The translations under genes were made by a program, and so were the position numbers. Positions 53,168 through 64,000 of a DNA stretch of 64,000 bases are shown here, one piece after another; positions within the stretch are counted from its first letter, which is position 1, and each line of letters opens with the position of its first letter. The notes below the pieces were generated by a model. It was given only the letters and a program-made list of their open reading frames with translations, was not told the origin of the DNA and searched no databases. This DNA comes from Callorhinchus milii (taxonomy: Eukaryota), in the NCBI RefSeq assembly GCF_018977255.1, contig NW_024704742.1, positions 129,892,001-129,956,000 of the forward strand, given 5' to 3'.

Positions 53168-53450
53168 CAACAAGAACAACGTTACATTTGTATAGCACCT
53201 TTCAAGTTGGGAGGACGTTCCAAGGCACTGGACAGTCAAAGAGTTTCGGACCCGAGCTGGGGGTTGGGATTGGGGAGGGTGGAAGGTGGTGGGGGGGGGG
53301 AAGGGAAGCAGGGAGACTGAAAGCACGGTTGAAGAGAGGTCTTAAGATGAGTTTTGAAGGTGGCAAGGGAGGGGGCAAGGCAGAGGGACTGGGGGATGGA
53401 GTTCCAGATGGTGGGGGCAAAGTGGCAGAAGGCCCATCTGTGAGAGTGGC
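53168..53450 (-). mobile_element. L2 3' tail fragment
   Basis: Same tail sequence as the copies at 805, 9775 and 25940. Confidence 0.8.
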
Positions 53451-56242
53451 AGAATGCCCACCCTCCTTTAATAGTGGGGCAGACCTAAAAGATGGGACAT
53501 AAATTGACACATACTCTGTATCTACTTGGTCAAATAAATGCCACAGACCCAGATGAATGTCAATAATAAAAATCTACATGACATTCCAATTAAAACACCA
53601 CATTAGCCAAGAGCCACAGCACCAAAGGGTGTCTCCAAACTCCTTTAATAGTGGGACAGACAGTAACTGCGGCTACAACCTAGTCTTTTGGTCTCTATTG
53701 GGTTCATTTCCGACAATCTAAACACCCAAAGCAGTTATTTCTTTCTCTGCCAAGTACTGAAAACCCACCAGAAAGGCGCGTTTCATTGAAGATGGATTTT
53801 ACGGAATGATGCAGTTCAGTGGCAAATGGAAGCCAATTTCCTTTTTGTAAAGTTGGCAGCTGTGCTGGCGATAAAGGAATACAGCATAAACCTCAGAAAT
53901 TCAATGACGGAAGAAAAAAAATCAGAAGGTCAGTGACTAGAACCAACCTCAGAAAATAGCTTGCTTTGGCAAGGATTTTAGTTTTGTGAATGATTTTGTA
54001 AATCCTGCTTCACAATACTTTCGGTTGAAGTCCATTCTTGTGACAAATGACTCGCACAGACTTATGACTTGGGTGCTCCACCATCGGCGGTCAAGTTTTC
54101 AAGCGCAATTTCTGCCCCCGCTGTCTGGAACTTCAAGTCACCCCTTTCCTTGCTTCCTTCAACGTCCACTTCAAGACCTTCCTCTTTGACCTCGCTTTCA
54201 GATACTTTCCCCCTCACCTCAACTGCAAACCTAGACTGTCCAGTGCCTTAAGAAGTCCTCCCAATGTGAAATCTGTTATACAAATATACAAACACCTTTC
54301 ACCTTGGAAGAATGTCCCAAAAATGCTTCACAAGATTAACCCCAAAGATAGTGCCTATTTTGTAGGCGAACACAGCACCCAACAGCCATTGCACACAATG
54401 TCCCACAAACAGTCATGAAGGGAATGGGTAATTTTATCTAGGGGATTTTTGGGCAGAACACCAGGAGAAAGTTGGGTCAATCAAGCCCTACATCTGGACT
54501 CGAACTCAGAGCCCAAAGCTAAGAGTGCAGGACTCAGCTCATACCACACTGTCAAGACTGACCATATTTGGATCAAACGAGTCTCTCTGGTGGGGTCATT
54601 ACTGTAATTTTAGTTTTAGTGTTTAGAAACGTGGACAATGAAGTCAGCGGGTGAACCTGATGGCATCAATAAACCAAGGCCCTCCCTGCCTGTACAGGTG
54701 GATGTTTAAACGTTTAAACATAGCGCTGTTTGAAATGAAAAGGATTGTGTTCCAGTCAACAATTCTTTTTATAAATTGGTCGATGACTTTATGGCTGTTT
54801 GTGTGACTTGGTACATTCTGTTAAGATTAGCTATGATCTAATAGAATGTCGGAACAGGCTCGTAGGGCTGAATGGCCTATTCCTATTCCTATGCAGTGCA
54901 CAAAATGGCAGCTACATTTGCATATAAATTCAAATTTCTACACTTGACAGCAATTCCCTGTGAAGCACCTTGAGATGCTTCAGTGTTAAGTGCTACATCA
55001 AATAAAAGCCAGAAAGATGCAGCTTTTTTGGTGGGAGTTGGGGGGGAGGGAGGGGGAGTCTGAAACATACAGAAACCCACTGTTATGCTTAAAGGTATAT
55101 ATCCAGAGTTTCACATATCCATGCCACTAATGCATAGAAATTATCTGCAAATTAATGCATGCTCTGCCCAGAGGTCTGCCCTGTAGTCCCAGAAAGTATT
55201 AAGTGCAAATTGGTACAGTGAAGGATCCCAGACTTTGTGTTGGGGCGCTGCTGGAGCTAAACCAGCTAAAACTGCATAGCTTACCATTGAGAACATTGCC
55301 TGCCCAGCTAGGACCATCATCAGAACCTTGACTTGCTTGGTTAACATGACAGGGAACACATTAGATTAAAAGAGGCAACAATGGATAGTTTCCTGGCTTG
55401 TCAGCGCTGGGCTCTGATCCATGAAATAAAACGTATACCTCTATTTTATAATGAAAGCAATGGGAATTGAATTTACCCTAAAACTAGAGAGAGGCATCTG
55501 TCTGTCAGTCAATCAGTGACTGAAACGCACAAGGGGGAGAGAAGCTATAGCCAGCTGCATTGATAGAACCACAGTTGGCAAGCACGACCTCCTCCACTTA
55601 AACAGAGTATTCTCTGGCTGTTTTATGGTGAGCCAGAAGAACTCTGTGCTTCCTCAACTTCACTCTGGAAGCACAAATTCTTTTCTGGCACTCTTAACTC
55701 TTTCAATCTTATCCCCTGCTACGCAGTTCTACTTCAGAGAACCACGCTCAAAACACAGCGTGGGTTGAAACCACTCCGGAACAGGTCTATCAGTGATTGC
55801 ATCTCCAGAGAAACTAGTGAGCCCAGTCTGAGGTCTCCACAAGAAAACCCTGGACCTGATCATTTGTGCCTCATGATGACACAAGCAAGTACAGTACTTT
55901 ATGGAGCTTGCCAGCTATTAGTTTTCACATTACTGTCTCCATCGCATCTGAACAGAAGTCAATTAAGTCAACTGATACAAAGTAAGAGACTGTTGCACTG
56001 TAACTGATTCAGGCTTCCTATACTAATTCTCATTCTGTCTCTTAAACCTGTCCCTTCAGCTCACTGAGGTTACACTGTCCACAAACACATGTAATCAAAA
56101 TGCTATTGGGTGCTCGATGGGAGCATTAAACGCCAAGATAAAACACAATGGACTGAATGCCTCTCACCACACTGTTCTCACTAAAGCTAACTGGCCCCTT
56201 TCCCCAATTCAAAATGCACCTTTAATCTTACAAACAGGGTAA

Positions 56243-56530
56243 AATAATAATAATCCTTGCATTTGATATAGCACCTTTCACATTGCTGAGACGTCTCAAA
56301 GCGTTTCACAGGACATACTATAAAGTTGATTGACTGTATTTTGTGAGCAAAATGCGGTAGTGTCCCACAAACAAGCATAGAGTGAGTGACCAATTTTATT
56401 TGGGGTATTTGTTGGCCAGGACAACAGAAGAAACGTCCTTGTCTTTTCAAAAAGTGCCATGGGATCTTTACGGTCCACCTGAACAGACTGATTGGACCTT
56501 GGTTTAAAGTCTCAACCAACGGACAATCCA
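56243..56530 (-). mobile_element. DeuSINE-like SINE, 5'-truncated
   Basis: CAGGTGGAC.GTAAAGATCCCATGGCAC core on the minus strand; (ATT)n tail. Confidence 0.75.
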
Positions 56531-57563
56531 GAATGAAGGGCAGTCACCTTCTCTTGACTACTAGAAATCTGAATGAATATGCAGAGTTCTATATATTAAC
56601 TAAAAAAATCAGCTTTACAAAGATCATAGTTATGCTGACCAACAAACTAGAAGCGCAAAACCATTGCTTCTAGGTGGTCATGCTACAGAACCAAATGGAG
56701 CATTACACTACATTTATTAGAATCAGTGCAAAAAGTCACACATCGATACTCAACAAGTACAAAGAGAAAACAGTCACTGGTTAGAACAGAAGGCTAGTAG
56801 GATAACCCATTCACTAACTTTTAGTATCAACCAAACTGAAAAGATGACTTTTGATCCCGCTGAATATTTCTTATGCAACGCTGTATATACTGAACATCAG
56901 AATGGTCATAAATAAACTTTACCAAAGCAAAAAAGTCCTGTGAAACCAAATCAATTTGTTTATTAAATGTAGGAGGCATCAGTAAATTTGACACGTGCAC
57001 ATAAACATGCAGCTTTTCCCAGGACAAGGAACAGTAAATAATTATGCTCACTCAGCAACAGCTGGAAGAGTATGGAACAGCAAAGCTAGACTCTAGTACA
57101 CAGTACCTCAAAGCCACTCTCACTACAAAAAAAGGGGTGGAAAAGCGATTACACTTAGATTCAGTAATAACTTTCAAAAAGGAATTTATATTTATCTGAA
57201 AAGAAAAATTTGCAAGGCTATGGATAAAGAGCAGGGGAGTGGGACAAGTTGGATAGCCCTTTCAAAGGGTCAAATGACCTCCATCTGTGCTGTAGGATGA
57301 GATAACAAGCTTATAGCTCTTCAATGGTTTGGTTTGTTAAGTCAATGTCTTGCATGAAAAGGAGCAGTGTACAAGATCCAAGGTTCAATCCTCAGTTTAC
57401 ATTACATCAACTCAGTGCCAGTTATCTTATCGCAGCAGTGGAGCAGCAGTAAAGGTACTACCTTGCTTAAGGAAAAAAGGATTACAACATTCTATTCCCC
57501 AATGTTAGTAATCTGGTAGAAAGTGCCTTGTAGGAGAAAGACAAACTAATGTGTGAAGCAACT

Positions 57564-57871
57564 AATAATAATAATCCTTGCATTTGATATAGTGCTTTTC
57601 ACGTCGGGAGGACGTCCCAAAGCGCTTCACAGAACACACTGTAAAGTGAATTGACTATATTTGTGGGCGAACGCGGCAGCCAATTGCGCACAGCAATGTC
57701 CCACAAACAGTCGTAGATTGAAAATGACCAATTTATTATTGGTTTTGGAGAGATTATTATTAGGCGTGTGGAGTAAGGAAACTTGCCCAAGATTTCGCCC
57801 TCTGCCTGGAATTGAACTCGGGTCTCTCGCTTGCAAAGCGAGTGCTCTCACCACTGAGCTACAGGACTCCA
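57564..57871 (-). mobile_element. tRNA-derived SINE, short subfamily, full length
   Basis: Close reverse complement of 28869-29192. Confidence 0.88.
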
Positions 57872-59334
57872 GTCTCCAGTCCTGTAGCTCAGTGTCTTGG
57901 CATTCTGCTTACTATCAGAAATGGTTGAGCTTGGTTATCCAACACGTGGTCAACTAGATTCACAAGTCTGTGTAATTACTTCTCCCATTCAATGACTTCC
58001 TAAGTGTACTGTACAATGGAAAGAATCATCCCAAGCCAGTCAGTACACAATGATTTGTGGTTTGGAAGGTGCAGCATCCCATATCCTAATTACATATTTG
58101 TAAACTGCAACCTCTTCTACCCATACAGGAATCAAGTGAATCCTCTCAAAGTCCGTCTCCCCCCCCACCCCTTTAACCCAGAAACGTAGTGAGCAGTTAA
58201 TGCCCTCAACGCTGCCCCAGCTGGGATCAGACAACTTAAGTTTGTGTTAATGTGACAGACCGAGGAATGAATTTTGGATCTTGTATACTGTTCTTCTCAC
58301 ACAAGTACTTGAACTCACATATTCTACGATTACACTCCAATGCAGTGTGCATGGATGTGTGTGTGGGTGGAGTGGGGGGAACTCGATGCCAGACAAGCAA
58401 TCAGATAGGACAGAAAGTAATGGAATCCTCATCCAAGGAATCCTAGCTTTCGGTGCTCTTTGCAACATCAAGAACAGTTTTCAAATTCCTCAACTCTACG
58501 GCTCATTATTTGCTTTGCTGTCCTTCCCCACTTTAAAAACCCATCTCTCTGATCCTCTCTAAATTCCTTCCACTTCTTGCTTGGTGCCAACCACTCAATT
58601 TCTTCAGTTATCCCCAGATAAATAGTATAATAGAAATGTAACATGTTGCCTTTGCAGTTGGGATAACAAGCTTCCTTTAGCAATGCACTGGAGTGTGACA
58701 ACGGACCACAGATAGGGAATTCTTTTGGGTGAATTTACCTCATCTCAGGTGGGGCAGCAATTGAGATATTGTAAATGGCCCAAATACCCCTGGGCTTGCA
58801 AGTGGAGGTGAGAATTTTTTTTAAAAAAATGCTGCTCACCATCCTGGAGCACACCATCTGCAGCAATGAATGCCTTGGTTGACATTCCCATGTTAAGGAT
58901 GAAAACTCTCACAGGTAGGACTTGCGTGAAATATTAAATAGGATGAACTTTCAACACCATTGAAACTTTGCCAAGCCCAGGTCGTCACCATGCCAGGGGT
59001 GGAAAAAAAGTTATTGGCGATGAAGTTATGAAGAGATGGCCCTCACCTCGGTGTCAGCCTGCCTCGGTTAGCAGCCTCAGAGTCTAGATTGACACTCCAG
59101 TGCATTGGCAGAAGAGTACTGCATTGTTAGAGGTGTTGTCCTTCAGATGAGACCTTAAAGTGAGGCCCTGACCACCTGTTCAGGTAGATGTTAAAAGACC
59201 CCATAGCACGAATCAAATAGAGAAAGAGTTTCTTCCAATCCCATGGCAAACAATCCGCAGATAACATTGGTCACTGACTTCATGGCTATTTGTGGGACGA
59301 TTCAATAAGGCACACTGAATATATGGCATAACAT

Positions 59335-60143
59335 AACATGTAGGAGCAGAAGTAGGCCGTTCGGCCCTTCGAGCTTGCCCTACCATTCAATCATGGCTGA
59401 TCTTCTAATCTAACTCCAGCTAATAACCTAAGCTGCCTTATCCCCATATCCCTTAATCACTTTTGCAATAAGAAATCTATCTATCTCAGTCTTGAATATG
59501 TTCAAGGACTGAGCGTCAACAGCCCTTTGGGGTAGCGAGTTCCATACATTCACCGCCCTTTGAGTGAAGAAGTTCTTCCTCAACTCAGTGCGAAAGGGCT
59601 GGCCTCTGATGTTAAGGTTGTGACCCCTGGTTTTAGTTTCTCCAACCAGGGAGAAACAATCTCCCACTATCTACTCTATCATGCCCTTTGATGATCTTAT
59701 CTTATAGGTTTCTATAAGATCCCCTCTAATTCTTCTATATTCTAGAGAATATAGGCCCAAATTGGTCAGCCTATCCTCGTAACTCACCCCCTTCATCCCT
59801 GGTACTAACCTAGTAAATCTACGCTGCACCCCCTCCAAGGCAAGTACATCCTTCCTTAAATAAGGAGACCAAAACTGCACACAGTATTCCAGGTGTGGTC
59901 TATACAGCTGCAGCAAGATTTCCCAACTCCTATACTCTAATCCTTTCATAATGAATGCTAACATACCGTTCGCCTTCCTAATTGCTGCTGCATCTGCAGA
60001 CTAACTTTCTGTGATTGGTGTACAAGACACCCAAGTCCCTCTGGACGCTAACACATTCCAATCTCTCCCATCTAAAAAATAACCCGCTCTACTGCTTTTG
60101 CTACCAAGGTGGATGACTTCGCACTTCTCTACATTATACTTCA
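59335..60143 (-). mobile_element. CR1-clade LINE 3' fragment, inserted within a DeuSINE-like element (~59052-60170, +)
   Basis: RPHLEYCVQFWSP..VQRRFTR..RGDLIETYKI and TRGH..FFTQR..VWNSLP motifs; the SINE tail resumes at ~60143. Confidence 0.9.
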
Positions 60144-60299
60144 AATATCAAATGCAAAGATTATTATTATCCATCTTAATCAATTTTCAGTCTTTTTCTA
60201 AAAAAAAGTTTTGATTTCAGCAAGTAAATACATTGTCTAAATCAGTTATGTCTAATGATAAACCTCTGATCTGTGCTGAGCCACATGAACTCAAAGTGC

Positions 60300-60592
60300 A
60301 ATCCCAGTGTAGTGGTCAGCAAGCTCGCAAATGAGAGGACACGGGTTCAATTCCCGGGCAAGGCGAAACCTCAGACAAGTTTCCTTACTCCACTCGTCTC
60401 TGTTTACCTAGCAGTAAGTTGTCAACTAGTGGATCGCTTTCTAGGGTAATAATTACTCAAAAAATATTGTTCACTCAACCCACAATTGTTTGTGGAGCAC
60501 TGCTGAGCGCAATTGAATTTACGATATATTCTGTGAAACGCTTTGAGATGTCTCAATGACGTGATAAGGCGCTATATCAAATGCAAGGATTA
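60300..60592 (+). mobile_element. tRNA-derived SINE, long subfamily, degenerate
   Basis: B box GGGTTCAATTCCC, TTTACCTAGCAGTAAG segment, GGCGCTATATCAAATGCAAGGATT tail. Confidence 0.8.
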
Positions 60593-62269
60593 AAGACTAC
60601 AGTAAAGCCCCGACAGATGTCTCCAACCAGTCTGTGTAGTTTCTCCTGCAGCACAAACCGGCCAAGGTAAGCTATGTATCCGTCAGTGACCCCTCCCAAT
60701 CAGTTCAGTGCAAGTGGGGGTAGACCTCAGGTGAGCAGGATGTGACGTTATTCGCAGGACGCCTCTGCATAAATGACTCGCATATGAAGGCAAGGCATTA
60801 GGGCGAGGTACTGGGAGTCTTGCCAAACCTGGGGAGCTGCACCCCTAACCAACAGCCACCAGATCTACAACTAAAACTTGGGATGGTGGTGGTGGGGCAG
60901 GTAGGAGGAAAGGAGATACAAAGAGGCGACAAACGCAGAACAGACTCAAAACATACAATTTTCTCCACAAGAATCAGGGACAAGCTCAATATTTCGTACA
61001 ATGGGGTGTTTCAATTGGAAAGTATTCCAGACAGGAATTAAGCTGAGTACAGACCGACAGATAGATAAGAGCGAAAAAGAAAGCTACCTTCCTAACAGAA
61101 AGTAGCACTGGATGAAAAAAAATTGAATTTTCTGGTAAGCAAAGCAGATTTCTCTAGACCAAGCCCAACCTTCAAAACAGTCTCTGGGTCACTGGCCACA
61201 CAAGGTAATCCTCATCAGCCATCTGTGAGCAGCCAAGGTGGGGGCTCAGGAAGAGATCAGACACCCCAGGACTATCAGGCAGGATTCTGCCTCCTGTGCA
61301 GCACAAAGCAAACCACTGAGAGAACCAAAATAATTCATAAGATCTCTAAACAAACTTTGTCCATTTTCTTTTTGTACAAAAAAGGAGAGGGGGAGGTGTG
61401 GAGGGGCAGCCTCAGGTCACTAATCTTTCAACAGTTCCCCTTTTAAGGGCCCCCAGAGTGGGATGTTTTTTTATATATGCATATATATATATAAAAAAAA
61501 CAAGTTAAGCCAAGAAGGTTTGGTTATTAATTACAAAAGAAAATTCCTTCTCAGCACAAAAAACCCAGTCACGTTCCAGATTGCTTCTCCTTCCAATCTT
61601 ATATTTTTTTGGTGGGGGGGGGGAAAAAAAAACACTAAATAATTTGGATTCCCCACCTATTCAAAAGGGACCCAAGAGAGAGAGAGAGAAGGGGGGAGGG
61701 TGAGAGAGATCATGTTAACTGTGGATGAAACTGACTGAGGTTTGGGAGGATTGGCATAGGAACTTCCATTCACTCAGCAAGAACCCTGGGCCAACACCCA
61801 TCCTCCACCATTTTGAATTGGAACAATAGTCCCCCCCCCAAAGAAACTCCATCAATCTCCTGTCCCCCCCCCCTCTCCCTCCCTCTCTCTCTCTCTCTCT
61901 CTTTTCTTCCTCTTGTGAAGGAAATGTGACAGAATTTTTCCTCTCTCTTTCTCTCTCAGGGAGAAGGAGAGGCGGATGTAACACAAGGAAGGCAGCTCGA
62001 CATGCAACTTCTCTCCCCCATCCACACCGTACCTGAGTCACAACCCAACAACACATGGGGAGGGAGGGGGGGGGAGAGGAAGAAATGGTCAAATTCAAAC
62101 TGACAACAGTTGTAAATTGCAAAAAAAGGGGTAAAATGCAATAAAAGGGGTAAAATGCAATAAAAGGGGGTAAAACGCCAAAATAAAAAGGTAAAACGCC
62201 CCCCACACCCCCCCCCCCAAAAAAACTTTTTTAAAATTAAAAAAAAATCGAGTTTTGAGAGAGAGAAAG

Positions 62270-62925
62270 GTGGGATGTGGGGGGTGGGGGGTAGGGGTGA
62301 GGGGCGTGAGGGGGTGGTGGGGGGTGAGGGGGTAGTAGTGGGGGTGAGGGGGGTAGTAGTGGGGGGTGAGGGGGTAGGAGTGGGGGTGAGGGGTAGGAGT
62401 GAGGGGGTAGGAGTGGGGGTGAGGGGGTAGGAGTGAGGGGGTAGGAGTGGGGGGTGAGGGGGTAGGAGTGAGGGGGGGTAGGGGTGGCGGGGTAGGACTG
62501 GGGGTGAGGGGGGTAGGGGGGTGAGAGGGGACTGGGGGTGAGGGGGTAGGACTGGGGTGAGGGGATGGGGTGAGGGGGGTGTACGGGTGGCGGGGTAGGA
62601 CTGGGGGTGAGGGGGGGGTGGTGGGGGGTGAGGGGGTAGGAGTGAGGGGGTGGGGGTGAGGGGGGTGTAGGGGTGGCGGGGTAGGACTGGGGGTGAGGGG
62701 GGGTGGTGGGGGTGAGGGGGTAGGAGTGAGGGGGTGTAGGGTGGCGGGGTAGGACTGGGGGTGAGGGGGGGGTGGGGGTGAGGGGGAGGTGGGGGTGGGG
62801 GGGGGGTGGGGGGGGTGTTGGTGAGAGGGGGTGGGGGTGAGGGGGTGGCGGGGTAGGACTGGGGTTGAGGGGGAGTAGGACTGGGGGTGAGGGGGGTGGG
62901 TGGGGGTGAGAGGGTGGGGGGGGGT
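62270..62925 (+). repeat. Very G-rich compound minisatellite (GGGGGTGAGGGGGTAGGA(G/C)T-type units)
   Basis: Dozens of runs of 4 or more G separated by TGA, TAGGAGT or TAGGACT spacers. Confidence 0.92.
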
Positions 62926-62966
62926 GTTGGTTGTTATATTAAATGCAGATAAAACATGTCCCTCAC

Positions 62967-63110
62967 TCTCTCTCTCGCCTGTCGCTCCTCATCCAACTCC
63001 CTCTGCAGATGCTCGGCTTTCTCCTCGGCATCGTCCGCCTGCTGCTGCAGAGCCTGGATCTTCCTCTTCACCCCCTCGATCGAGGAGCCCGACACGTTTC
63101 TTTGTTCCAT
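62967..63110 (-). CDS. TPM2: Exon 1b (short-isoform first exon): [48 protein letters not shown]
   Basis: 144 nt, 48 codons. ATG in gaaATGG context, in-frame upstream TAA at 63144-63146, phase-0 donor AGA|gtgagg. [13 protein letters not shown] is the 1b signature. Confidence 0.93.
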
Positions 63111-63185
63111 TTCTTTTGGAGGGGTTTTTTTTTTGGCGTATGTTTATATATAATTTATCTACAATATTTTTTTAAAAAAAAAACA

Positions 63186-63530
63186 ACACACACACACACA
63201 CACACACACACAAAGAGCCCCGGAGATCCGAAACCGCCTCCAGACGCCCGGCAGGAGGTTGAGTGGATGCGGCTGTGGGGTGCGGTGTGTGTGGGTGTGT
63301 GGGAGGGGTGGGGTGGGGTTGTGGGTGGGTGGGGGGGTGTGTGCAGTGTAGTGACTGGTTAACTGGATGCAATCGGTTGCAATAAAGCAGCAATAAAATG
63401 ATCCCCTGTGTGTGTCTCTCTCTCTCTCTGAGACACTGCGCACCTCTCTTAACCTCTCAGGTAATAGCTCTGCAACCACTCTCTCTCTCTCTCTCTCCTC
63501 TTCTTCTTCTCTCTCTCTCTCTCTCTGGTT
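63186..63530. repeat. (CA)n and (CT)n microsatellites upstream of the exon 1b start codon
   Basis: (CA)n at ~63186-63212; (CT)n at ~63415-63430 and ~63479-63526. Confidence 0.85.
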
Positions 63531-64000
63531 CTGCCTCTCACTCCTGAATGGCTTAAATCGCCGGAAATTGCTACGCGATCTCAGAATAGGCGGAGATCTC
63601 AGGATGGATGGAGATGGATTGGATGGGAATAGATCTATGAATCCAGGAAGGCTTTTTTTTTGGGGGGGGGGTGTGATCTGACAGCCCTAAGACGCAGCCT
63701 GAGTTCTTTCCAACCATCCCCCCCATCTCCTCCCCACCCCCCATCTCCCCCCCTCCCTCCCCCATCTCCCCCCCCCACACACACACATTTTCCAAATATT
63801 TCCAGATGAATGGGAGGAAATGATGCCAGAAACACCCTTTCCTCCCCACGATCCCTGCTCCTCCCCTCTTTAAATAAATGATCTCATTTCAGGAGGTGTG
63901 TGTGTGTGTGTGTTGGGGGGTGGGGGGTGGGGGGGGAGGAGGAGGTGGTGGTGGTGGGTGGATGCAATGCTGCAAAGACCGGAGAGAGAACAAGATACGT

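Noticed and set aside
54562..54571. CArG box CCATATTTGG (also 20084-20093) and MEF2-like sites at 23921-23930 and 34004-34013
   Set aside because: A few such 10-mers are expected by chance in 64 kb, they are not clustered, and I have no conservation data.
54702..54721. Perfect 20-bp palindrome ATGTTTAAACGTTTAAACAT
   Set aside because: Explained by a local duplication of GTTTAAAC inside a decayed SINE.

Overview
Vertebrate genomic DNA, most likely from a cartilaginous fish (inferred from the DeuSINE-like, tRNA-SINE, L2 and CR1 repeat mix). The main content is a tropomyosin gene on the minus strand that best matches TPM2 (beta-tropomyosin), judged from recalled paralogue sequences. I read 11 coding exons with GT-AG boundaries and standard tropomyosin sizes and phases: 1b (62967-63110), 3, 4, 5, mutually exclusive 6a/6b, 7, 8, and alternative last exons 9a, 9c and 9d. 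Exons 1a/2 presumably lie beyond position 64000. Unlike mammalian TPM2, this gene has a brain-type exon 9c and an exon 1b with a 4-residue longer, non-canonical N-terminus. It also has a ~290-nt AG-free zone with a distant branch point before 9a, and extra cysteines in 9a. The rest is intron or intergenic DNA dense in decayed retroelements, including nested insertions, plus a ~650-bp G-tract minisatellite just inside the first intron. I recognised no other gene in 1-16,000. Almost all ORF-track entries are spurious or retroelement remnants. Repeat boundaries are approximate.
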